A DNA stretch of 41,770 nt, from IMG/VR virus record IMGVR_UViG_3300046485_000028, positions 1 through 41,770 of that record. One strand, 5' to 3'. The stretch is from a virus. A model generated the notes under the pieces. The model did no database searches, was not told where the DNA came from, and saw only the letters and a list, made by a program, of their open reading frames with translations. Shown piece by piece: positions 19,075-26,140 of this stretch (position 1 is the stretch's first letter; the number at the start of each line of letters is the position of its first letter). The position numbers and the translations under genes were made by a program.

Positions 19075-20352
19075 ATGACATGGTACAAAACAGGCACGAT
19101 TACCGTCACCAACGGTAGTCCAACAATAACCGGGGCGGGCACGCTTTGGGTCGATGTGGGGACGCTCAATCCGGGTGACATATTGACTGGGCCAGATGGC
19201 AAGCTGTATGAGATTTTGAGCATCAGCAGCAACACCGGCATCACCCTGGCCAGCAATTACCTGGGCGGCACCCTGAGCGCCCAGGCGTACAGCATCATGC
19301 CCATTGGCCTGCTGCCCAGCACCCTTGCGCAAGCTGTCAAATCCACGCTTGCCACTGCCAATACCGCGCTGGCCAGCACAGTGCGGTACGACATCAATAC
19401 CATGGGGCTGACGCTCACCCAGCAGCAAAACGCCCGCACCAACATTGCCGCGTTATCAGCTTTGGACGTAGGCGCGGGTGCGCTCACAAAGTCAGTCGCA
19501 GGCGGGGTGGATGTGACGCTGACGGCGGTTGAGGCCTCAGCGCAGTACATCGTATTAACTGGGGCGCTTACGGCAAGCATCAACGTGATTGTGCCGGCGG
19601 CAGCACGGGTGTTCTACGTCAATAACGCGACCTCTGGTGCCTTCACTGTGACTGTAAAAACACCGGCTGGGTCAGGCGCTGTGGTGATGCAAGGACTGCG
19701 GGCTATTTTGCAGTGTGATGGGGGAAGCGTATTTAACTCGGTTGGACAAGTAGATATATCAAATACCTTAAATCTTGGACAGAGTTATTTAAATGTTGCT
19801 GTTGATGCTACTGGCGGCGCAGGGTTTGTATCTGGGTACAACACAAAATATTCTGCCAGTTATAAAAATGTGGTTACTGGTTCGAGCAATGGTATTTTTT
19901 ATGCGGCAGATCATATTGGTTTTCATACAAATTCTAGTCAAGCGCCAGATACGATTGTTCCGGAAAGGTTAAGAATTACATCCGGCGGAGACATATTGGG
20001 TACCGGTGGTGGTGGGATAGGGTATGGAGTGGGCTCCGGTGGCGCAGTTACGCAGGCTACGTCTAAGTCGACACTTGTTGCTCTTAACAAACCGAGTGGA
20101 CTAATCACTATGAATAATGCGGCATTAGCCGCTGGTGCTACTGTCAATTTCCAATTTAACAACTCCGTTATTGGTGCAAATGACACTATCTTTGTCCAAA
20201 AATCAGGCGGTGGTACTGATGGCGCATACAACATTTGGACAAATGCTGGAGGTGTAGGCGCTTGCATCATCAGCGTGAAAAATATATCCGCTGGCTCACT
20301 ATCTGAGGCACTTGTGATCAAGTTTGATGTATTCCGTGGTGCATCAGCATAA
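19075..20352 (+). CDS. Tail fibre protein with a low-GC C-terminal (receptor-binding) module
   Basis: 425 aa. AAAGGA RBS. N-terminus MTWYKTGTITVTNGSPTITGAGTLW is typical of fibre N-termini. Gly-rich stretch GGGGIGYGVGSGG. Composition breaks near 19735. Confidence 0.65.
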   Translation: MTWYKTGTITVTNGSPTITGAGTLWVDVGTLNPGDILTGPDGKLYEILSISSNTGITLASNYLGGTLSAQAYSIMPIGLLPSTLAQAVKSTLATANTALASTVRYDINTMGLTLTQQQNARTNIAALSALDVGAGALTKSVAGGVDVTLTAVEASAQYIVLTGALTASINVIVPAAARVFYVNNATSGAFTVTVKTPAGSGAVVMQGLRAILQCDGGSVFNSVGQVDISNTLNLGQSYLNVAVDATGGAGFVSGYNTKYSASYKNVVTGSSNGIFYAADHIGFHTNSSQAPDTIVPERLRITSGGDILGTGGGGIGYGVGSGGAVTQATSKSTLVALNKPSGLITMNNAALAAGATVNFQFNNSVIGANDTIFVQKSGGGTDGAYNIWTNAGGVGACIISVKNISAGSLSEALVIKFDVFRGASA

Positions 20353-20373
20353 AAAATCTTTGATAGGTAAAAA

Positions 20374-20739
20374 ATGAAACTAACCAAACTAATAGAAATA
20401 TTCCCCGCATTGAATGCTCTGGCGCAATGCAAACTGCCCGCAAAAACGGGTTACCGTATCGCCCGGGCAATCAACCTAATCAAGCCAGAGCTGGCGGCAT
20501 ACGAGGCAGAGCGGATCAAGCTGGCGGAGTCGCTGGGCACCAAGTCAGAGGACGGCCAGCACTACCAGTTTGCCGACGACAACGCGCAAGCCTTTGTTGT
20601 GCAGATGAATGCATTGACCGACGAAGAGGTAGACATCACCCTGCCCACGATCACGCCCGATGACCTGGGCGATGCGAGCATTGAGCCGCAGCATCTGATC
20701 GCGCTCGATGGCGTGTTTATCGTTGAACTAACGGTGTAG
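20374..20739 (+). CDS. Hypothetical protein (possible fibre-associated or chaperone position)
   Basis: 121 aa acidic protein directly downstream of the fibre gene. Its first approximately 15 codons share the low-GC composition of the fibre 3' end. Confidence 0.5.
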   Translation: MKLTKLIEIFPALNALAQCKLPAKTGYRIARAINLIKPELAAYEAERIKLAESLGTKSEDGQHYQFADDNAQAFVVQMNALTDEEVDITLPTITPDDLGDASIEPQHLIALDGVFIVELTV

Positions 20740-20743
20740 CGCC

Positions 20744-21043
20744 ATGATCGCGCTCCTAACCCTACTGCTCTTCCCCGTTGCTATCCAGTACGAGCGCGGG
20801 GGCGCGTGGCACGTGCTCTTCCCACTCTACTTTATCGTAGCCGTGCTGGACGTCATTGCCAACTACACGGAGATATCGTTGCTGTGCCTAGCATGGCCCG
20901 AGGCAGGCAAACCCACTGTCTCTATGCGTATCCCGGGCATCCTCCTACAGGGCGGCTGGCGTGGTGCGCTGGCGTACGACGTGGCGCGTTACCTGAATTA
21001 CTTCGCCCCGGGGCACAAACACATCACGGAGGTGGCTCAATGA
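20744..21043 (+). CDS. Hypothetical membrane protein (2 predicted TM segments)
   Basis: 99 aa. Hydrophobic stretches LLTLLLFPVAI and VLFPLYFIVAVLDVI. ATGA coupling to the next ORF. Confidence 0.5.
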   Translation: MIALLTLLLFPVAIQYERGGAWHVLFPLYFIVAVLDVIANYTEISLLCLAWPEAGKPTVSMRIPGILLQGGWRGALAYDVARYLNYFAPGHKHITEVAQ

Positions 21044-21177
21044 AAACCGAACTGACTTCCGACCCAGACCACTGTATGGACGAATTTGGCGTGGCTGTTG
21101 CTATAGTGGCCTTTGCGCTGGTTGCGATTGTTGGAATCGTTGCCGTTGCAGTATGGTCCTACTCCAAACAAGGCTGA
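21040..21177 (+). CDS. Small single-pass membrane protein
   Basis: 45 aa (MKTELTSDPDHCMDEFGVAVAIVAFALVAIVGIVAVAVWSYSKQG). Its ATG overlaps the upstream stop codon. It is the distal part of track ORF 20806..21177. Confidence 0.4.
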   Translation: MKTELTSDPDHCMDEFGVAVAIVAFALVAIVGIVAVAVWSYSKQG

Positions 21178-21182
21178 ACAAA

Positions 21183-21578
21183 ATGCAACTACACGTTGAA
21201 CCTGACTTTGACCTCACCACGGACATGCAGCAACTCAACGACGCGGCAGAATTGCCTGACCCAGACTTCGAGGACACGCGCCCGCCCGCACTAGAACGCC
21301 GAGACCTTGATGAGCGTGTCTACCTGTACGGGCGCAGGCTGAACAGACACCGCGCAGAGCTAGAGGCTATCAAAAAGCTACTCAGCGCCAACATCGAAAC
21401 CACTGTCGCAAACAGCGAACAGACGGCAAAGGTGTTGGAGATCGTAACTCTGGGGCGGAACTTCTTTAAGGTGCTGGGCTGGGTAGGTGCCCAGATTGGC
21501 CCCTTGGCGGCAATCGTGGCGCTTTTCTACGCCATCTACCTCTTCGCTAAGACAGGCAAGTGGGAGCTTAAGATATGA
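21183..21578 (+). CDS. Hypothetical coiled-coil protein with a C-terminal TM anchor
   Basis: 131 aa from the ATG at 21183. C-terminal hydrophobic segment IGPLAAIVALFYAIYLF. Confidence 0.5.
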   Translation: MQLHVEPDFDLTTDMQQLNDAAELPDPDFEDTRPPALERRDLDERVYLYGRRLNRHRAELEAIKKLLSANIETTVANSEQTAKVLEIVTLGRNFFKVLGWVGAQIGPLAAIVALFYAIYLFAKTGKWELKI

Positions 21579-21682
21579 CAGACTTGTTCATTGAACTCTG
21601 GTTCGAATGGCTGGATATGTGGGGCATCATGCCGCTGCCTAAAAAGCGCGAAGCCTCAATCCCGCAAGTGTGGCCCCTATGA
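21575..21682 (+). CDS. Possible 35-aa ORF coupled on both sides
   Basis: MTDLFIELWFEWLDMWGIMPLPKKREASIPQVWPL. ATGA overlaps at both its start (21575) and its stop (21680-21682, with the endolysin ATG at 21679). Below the length cut-off of the ORF track. Confidence 0.25.
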   Translation: MTDLFIELWFEWLDMWGIMPLPKKREASIPQVWPL

Positions 21683-22218
21683 ACCTGACCGACACCATAT
21701 CCGCGCTGATAGAGCGCGAGGGCGGCTACACAAACAACCCAGCCGACAAGGGTGGTGAAACTAACTGGGGCATCACCGCAGTCGTGGCCCGGGCGTTTGG
21801 GTACATGGGGCCAATGCAGGCCATGACCCAACAGACCGCACGCGATATCTACGCGCAGCGCTACTGGCACCAGCCCCGTCTTGATGATGTAGCCGTTATC
21901 AGCGCCAGCGTTGCGGAGGAGATGCTCGATACGGGTGTGAACATGGGCAGCGCAACGGCTGGCAAGTTCCTACAACGGGCGCTCAACGTGCTGAACCAGA
22001 ACGGCAGCACCTACCCAGATATCACCGTGGATGGTGGTGTGGGCAACATGACCCTCGCAGCGCTTAAGGCGTACCTAGCAGCGCGTGGGCTACCGGGTGA
22101 GATGGTGCTGGTGCGTATGCTCAACGCGCAACAGTCCGTCAAGTATATCGAACTGGCCGAAGCCAACGCTAGCCAAGAGGCGTTCGAGTACGGGTGGCAG
22201 CTAAACCGGGTCTCATGA
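21679..22218 (+). CDS. Endolysin, GH108 N-acetylmuramidase with a PG_binding_3-like C-terminus
   Basis: Motif EREGGYTNNPADKGGETNWGIT is the GH108 signature. Start taken at the ATG at 21679; the track GTG at 21670 is also possible. Confidence 0.85.
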   Translation: MNLTDTISALIEREGGYTNNPADKGGETNWGITAVVARAFGYMGPMQAMTQQTARDIYAQRYWHQPRLDDVAVISASVAEEMLDTGVNMGSATAGKFLQRALNVLNQNGSTYPDITVDGGVGNMTLAALKAYLAARGLPGEMVLVRMLNAQQSVKYIELAEANASQEAFEYGWQLNRVS

Positions 22219-22237
22219 CCCTTCACTGGAGACAGCT

Positions 22238-22834
22238 ATGGACTTTGACTGGAAGAAAACACTGCCCTTCATTGGGGCACTGGCTACGGGTGGCGTTCCC
22301 GCGTTGGTGGCTGCGGCCGCAGGCGCACTAGGTGACGCACTGGGCACCCCCGTAGACCCCACGCCCACGGGCATCGACGCGGCTATGAAAAACGCCACGC
22401 CCGAACAGCTAGCGGCGCTTAAGCAGATAGACGCCGACCTCAAGACGAAGATGCGGGCGTTTGATGTGCAGGAAAAGCAGATAGACGCCACCACGGAGCA
22501 GGCGTACATCACAGACGTTGACAGCGCCCGCCATGCCCACGCGCAGAACATGGGGGTTTTGCGGCTGGGGTACTTCATCAACGCTGCGTCATACATCTGT
22601 ATCCTAGCGGTGCTGTACGGGTGCTTCATGGTGTTGACCAACAGCGGCAAGATGGTTATCGACCCCGGAATTGCCGCTATGGTTGGCGGGGTGCTGGGTG
22701 CCGTGGTGCAGTGGGTTATCTCCAACTCCGCGCAGGCTAACGGGTTCTTCTATGGCTCCAGCCCGGGCAGTCGCGACCTGTCTGCTAAGCTGGGTAGCGC
22801 AGTGGGCAACGCAGTACAGGGCGCAAAGCAATAG
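22238..22834 (+). CDS. Putative holin (3-TM, GTA-type holin-like)
   Basis: 198 aa. Hydrophobic N-terminal segment, central amphipathic region, and two C-terminal TM segments (YFINAASYICILAVLYGCFMVL and IAAMVGGVLGAVVQWVI). Adjacent to the endolysin, as in RcGTA lysis genes. Confidence 0.6.
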   Translation: MDFDWKKTLPFIGALATGGVPALVAAAAGALGDALGTPVDPTPTGIDAAMKNATPEQLAALKQIDADLKTKMRAFDVQEKQIDATTEQAYITDVDSARHAHAQNMGVLRLGYFINAASYICILAVLYGCFMVLTNSGKMVIDPGIAAMVGGVLGAVVQWVISNSAQANGFFYGSSPGSRDLSAKLGSAVGNAVQGAKQ

Positions 22835-22902
22835 AGGTCGGGCTAGACGGTCGCTGGCGACGCGCTGGCAGGTACGCCTCACCTACCCCCGAGGCATAAC
22901 GT

Positions 22903-22929
22903 AAAAAGACCCCGTTTTGGGGTCTTTTT
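22903..22929. terminator. Bidirectional rho-independent terminator between the convergent late and early arms
   Basis: AAAAAGACCCC GTTTT GGGGTCTTTTT. Perfect stem with A-run and T-run flanks on both strands. Confidence 0.9.
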
Positions 22930-22954
22930 GTTGCCTGCGTACAACAGGCGGGGG

Positions 22955-23212
22955 CTAGTCTGCGTACACGTGCACAGAGGCGGCTTTGCCCGTTATGGCC
23001 TGCACCTTGGCGGCGCGGCGCAGGGCCTCAGCGTGGGCTGCGGTAAGGTCACCATCACCCGTATGCACCAGCCGCCCGTTGATGTGCACCGTGTAGGTGT
23101 TGAGGCTGGCCATGTGGGCGTCCACGATGTGCGTGGGGCGCTTGGCCCGCTTTACCGCTGGGGTGCCCCGTAGGATAGCAATAGCGGCGTCCAGATGTTT
23201 GGTCTTGCTCAT
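22955..23212 (-). CDS. Hypothetical protein
   Basis: 85 aa. RBS AAGGAG 6 nt before the ATG. Its 5' leader (GGAGCCACACCATG) is identical to that of the upstream lipoprotein ORF. Last gene of the leftward arm. Confidence 0.55.
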   Translation of the reverse strand: MSKTKHLDAAIAILRGTPAVKRAKRPTHIVDAHMASLNTYTVHINGRLVHTGDGDLTAAHAEALRRAAKVQAITGKAASVHVYAD

Positions 23213-23223
23213 GGTGTGGCTCC

Positions 23224-23400
23224 TTACCGTGATGGAGGGGATGGCCTGCTCGTGTGGTTGTCGGAACCACGTGCGGCGGGTGCTTGGTGTGCGGCGGGCG
23301 ATGCGTTGCTGTGACCGCCACTGATGGACAGCACGGGCGGAACCGTGGTGGCGCAGCCAGTAACAAGGGCAGCGGCAATAAGAAGGGCGAGGGATTTCAT
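23224..23400 (-). CDS. Small lipoprotein (not in the ORF track)
   Basis: 58 aa: MKSLALLIAAALVTGCATTVPPVLSISGGHSNASPAAHQAPAARGSDNHTSRPSPPSR. Signal peptide plus lipobox-like LVTG|C. AGGAG lies 7 nt upstream of the ATG at 23400. Confidence 0.6.
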   Translation of the reverse strand: MKSLALLIAAALVTGCATTVPPVLSISGGHSNASPAAHQAPAARGSDNHTSRPSPPSR

Positions 23401-23441
23401 GGTGTGGCTCCTAGTAGGGGCCGAAGCCCCCGTGGGTTGGA

Positions 23442-23846
23442 TTACAGGCCAAGGAGGGTGTTGACATCTGCGTCAGCTTGAAGCTTGGCCTTCATGCTGG
23501 TGCGGCGTTCGTTGGCGCGGCGTTCGTCGGCGCGGGCATCGGCCTTGCGAGGGGCGCGAGTCATTTCGGCCAGACTGGGCAGCTTGGCAGGCTTGCTAGC
23601 CAGCTTGCCTTCTTCGTTGATAACGGCTTTCTTGCTGGAACGGACACGAACGTACATGCGCCCTTGCACTTCCCAGCCGTGCTTTTTAGCCGTTGTTTTG
23701 CAGCACACCACGAGTTCGCCCTTGTCGTTAAGGGCAAGAACCGGGCGGCTGCGTTCGGTGGTGATGAGGTAGTCGATTGCAGCGTTTTCGTTTTTGACAA
23801 CGACTGGGGTGTTGGCGGCTGCGACTGGGGTTTTAGCGGTTGACAT
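23442..23846 (-). CDS. Hypothetical protein (basic C-terminal half)
   Basis: 134 aa. AAAGGA RBS. First gene downstream of promoter block A. Confidence 0.6.
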   Translation of the reverse strand: MSTAKTPVAAANTPVVVKNENAAIDYLITTERSRPVLALNDKGELVVCCKTTAKKHGWEVQGRMYVRVRSSKKAVINEEGKLASKPAKLPSLAEMTRAPRKADARADERRANERRTSMKAKLQADADVNTLLGL

Positions 23847-23904
23847 GATGATGGTCCTTTAAGTTACGGGTTATGGCCCTGCGTTATTGCCCGACCATAA
23901 CTGA

Positions 23905-23933
23905 ACTCTAAGGAAGCCATTTTTGGAATGCAA
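23905..23933 (-). promoter_or_regulatory. Putative sigma70-type promoter P-A (leftward): TTGCAT-17-TAGAGT
   Basis: On the minus strand, -35 TTGCAT (23933..23928), a 17-nt spacer, and -10 TAGAGT (23910..23905). Architecture and position within the conserved block match P-B. Confidence 0.4.
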
Positions 23934-23962
23934 GAACTTTCTTCACTTTTTCCAAGAATAGT
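23908..23962. repeat. Conserved promoter/operator block A (46/55 identical to 38924..38978)
   Basis: Gapless hand alignment. Contains GCAAGAAC (23930-37) and its inverse GTTCTTGC (23961-68), plus the palindrome AAGAATAGTTCTT (23954-66). A second AAGAATAGTTCT lies at 23977-88. Confidence 0.8.
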
Positions 23963-23986
23963 TCTTGCTGTCAATGAAGAATAGTT

Positions 23987-24835
23987 CTACGCACCGTTGT
24001 ACTTCTGGCGCGGCTTGCCTTCCCCCAGCCGAACGCGCTCGTACTTGTCGAACTCACAAAGGCAGTTCTGTATGTCCTGCGCACAGAACGTGTTCCAGCC
24101 CTTAGGCTCCACCCAGCGGTTGACCTCCTTGCGCAGTTCGATGAGGTGTGGGAGGAACATTTTGGCTGGCACCTTCTTGTCCTTGTCACCGTTGATAACA
24201 CGGGCAAGCCCACGGATACTCCCCGGACCGGGCGCTGCCCACGTGTACCAATCTTTCGCTGACGCTAGCACTTGCCCGGGGGTGTTCTTTACGTCCGCTA
24301 CGACCTGCGCTGCCATAAACGACCCCAGCCCGTTAGCCTGCGTCAGCCGTGTGTGGAAGCTGGCAAGCGTGTCTCCTGCGCGTGGGCGGTACAACGCACG
24401 GTTTGCCCACAGTGGGTCAAGGACATAATGCGCCAGATAGACGGGCTTGGCTAACGCGTGCCCGTTGGTAGACACGATGTACGCACTGCCGAACACCTTG
24501 CCCCCCTTGCGCATAAGCGCTTCCATGGTGTTCTTGAACACGCCCGCATCCCAGCCCCCCGGGTATAGCTGCGCCAGCGTGTCGGGGTGGTTCACTAGGC
24601 GTGCGATTGTCATGGCGAACCATGCGTCCGGGTAGTTACCCAGCTTTGAGCTCCATTCATCGCGTATCCACTGGGTAACTGTGTCCAGTTCCCGGTACAT
24701 ATTGCAGAAACGGTACGACTGCAGAATGGGGTCCTTTGTCCACGGCTTGGCCTTGCCCGCATCCCTGTTCACCCACACGTTATGTCGTGCCACCACAAAG
24801 CGCACAAAGTTCAGAGGTCCGGTAGGGTTGTTCAT
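23987..24835 (-). CDS. Putative alpha-glutamyl/putrescinyl-thymine pyrophosphorylase-like DNA base hypermodification protein (aGPT-Pplase-like)
   Basis: 282 aa from the ATG at 24835 (GTG at 24838 is also possible). N-terminal pattern FVVARHNVWVNRDAGKAKPWTKDPILQSYRFCNMYRELDTVTQWI matches my recollection of this family. It shares an operon with a TS-like hydroxymethylase and a P-loop kinase. Not verified by search. Confidence 0.6.
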   Translation of the reverse strand: MNNPTGPLNFVRFVVARHNVWVNRDAGKAKPWTKDPILQSYRFCNMYRELDTVTQWIRDEWSSKLGNYPDAWFAMTIARLVNHPDTLAQLYPGGWDAGVFKNTMEALMRKGGKVFGSAYIVSTNGHALAKPVYLAHYVLDPLWANRALYRPRAGDTLASFHTRLTQANGLGSFMAAQVVADVKNTPGQVLASAKDWYTWAAPGPGSIRGLARVINGDKDKKVPAKMFLPHLIELRKEVNRWVEPKGWNTFCAQDIQNCLCEFDKYERVRLGEGKPRQKYNGA

Positions 24836-24948
24836 CACAGTTCCTTACAAATGGAGTAGATAGCCGCTGCGACGACTACGATTGCAGCCACGGCAAACCC
24901 GAAGTCCATCAGGGCGATAGCCCAGTTTATGACGTCACTTGGTGTCAT
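24835..24948 (-). CDS. Possible 37-aa single-pass membrane peptide
   Basis: MTPSDVINWAIALMDFGFAVAAIVVVAAAIYSICKEL. Its stop overlaps the downstream ATG (TGATG) and its start overlaps the upstream gene end. Below the track cut-off. Confidence 0.3.
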   Translation of the reverse strand: MTPSDVINWAIALMDFGFAVAAIVVVAAAIYSICKEL

Positions 24949-25162
24949 GTTGTTCTCCCATCAGTGTTAGCACAATTTCGCCGAGGGGTCTGCGCACAAA
25001 CACCTTCGGCAACGGTTTCCCGGGTTTTGGCCCGGGCTTCTGCTTTGCCCGTGGCGCTGCGGCTGCGCTCTGTCGGGCAACGTGCATCGCGTAGCGTCTA
25101 TCCCACTCGCTCTGTGGGACTACATAGCGCGTGACCCCGTGGTCATCTGTCTTGGTTGACAT
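24935..25162 (-). CDS. Hypothetical protein
   Basis: 75 aa from the ATG at 25162 (the track start at 25183 is also possible). Pro/Lys-rich centre. Lies within the overlapping operon. Confidence 0.45.
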   Translation of the reverse strand: MSTKTDDHGVTRYVVPQSEWDRRYAMHVARQSAAAAPRAKQKPGPKPGKPLPKVFVRRPLGEIVLTLMGEQHDTK

Positions 25163-25589
25163 AGCCTGCCCCGGGTGTGGCACCGTTGTCGGGATACACG
25201 TGCTGCACCATCATTGACAACAGATGCACCACGTAGATGAGCATATCTGGCGTTGACCAGTTGATCGTGATGTACAGCACGTCCCGCTCGGCTTCGGTTA
25301 GACCGTTGTATAGCGCGAACTCTGCCACGGTGGACAGCGTCAGGCACGTGCTTTGCGGGCGCTTGCCAGCCTGCGCCAACTCCTTCAACTTGGTGGCGAA
25401 GTGTATGGCCTTGAGAACGTCCTGCTTGCCGTTCTTCTTACGGTGACGTGTGACGTACTTTGTGATCTGCCCTTCAAAGTATCCAAGTTCGCACTCGGCT
25501 GCGAGGTCCCAGTGCTGGAGTGACTTTGCGTTGGGGTCGCTGTTCTTGTAGTGGGTGCCCCCCACTTGCATCTCGTTAGCGGTTTTCAT
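25143..25589 (-). CDS. DUF3310-like protein (possible nucleotide pyrophosphohydrolase role)
   Basis: 148 aa. Pattern GGTHYKN...WDLAAECELGYFEGQITKYVTRHRKKNGKQDVLKAIHF resembles DUF3310. ATGA overlap with the HD gene. Confidence 0.5.
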   Translation of the reverse strand: MKTANEMQVGGTHYKNSDPNAKSLQHWDLAAECELGYFEGQITKYVTRHRKKNGKQDVLKAIHFATKLKELAQAGKRPQSTCLTLSTVAEFALYNGLTEAERDVLYITINWSTPDMLIYVVHLLSMMVQHVYPDNGATPGAGYVNQDR

Positions 25590-26140
25590 GCACGGTTCTC
25601 TCTTTCTTTAAGGGGTCTGACGACGACGGTTATATTCAAGCTGAGCACATCCTGCACCACCTCGTTCGTGAGCACTTGCACGGCTAACGGTAGCCCCTCA
25701 CGCGGGGTTTCCAGTATCCACATGAGGCCTTTCGCCACTGTCTCACGGAGGTAGGTGTTACCCATACGGACTTCTTCCAGGCACCACAGCACCAGCTCCA
25801 TACGGTCCGCCCACTTTAACAACCGTTCCTCCATGGGGGTTAGTCCACAGTCCCGGAACAGTGGTGCCAGCCCAGACTCAATGTCATCCATCAGTGGCCC
25901 GAGCGCATCGTGCATCTTCTTTATGGGCGCAGGGATGTCTCCCGTGATAAGCTCGGGCAAATCATGGTGCATTGCCGCCACGAATACCGCCTTACGCGCA
26001 TCCGGGGCCACTTGGTTCAACAGCAACATGATGCCGAAGCTATGCGCCCCAATGGACTGCGAACGGTGCACGCGCTTGGTGTGGTAACGCACCACGTCAG
26101 CGGCTTCGCGGTACAGGTTGGCTTCAGTAAGTACGTTCAC
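25586..26140 (-). CDS. HD-domain phosphohydrolase (YfbR-like 5'-deoxynucleotidase)
   Basis: 184 aa from the GTG at 26140. GGGAGG RBS and GTGA overlap with the TS-like stop. Motifs HSFGIMLL and AAMHHDLPELITGDIP form the H...HD...D set. Confidence 0.75.
   Translation of the reverse strand: MNVLTEANLYREAADVVRYHTKRVHRSQSIGAHSFGIMLLLNQVAPDARKAVFVAAMHHDLPELITGDIPAPIKKMHDALGPLMDDIESGLAPLFRDCGLTPMEERLLKWADRMELVLWCLEEVRMGNTYLRETVAKGLMWILETPREGLPLAVQVLTNEVVQDVLSLNITVVVRPLKERENRA

Noticed and set aside
23055-23378. Track ORF of 107 aa on the minus strand (MPLPLLLAAPPRFRPCC...).
   Set aside because: - Composition is Pro/His/Arg-rich and there is no RBS.
- It overlaps both the 85-aa gene and the better-supported 58-aa lipoprotein ORF, which is in another frame.
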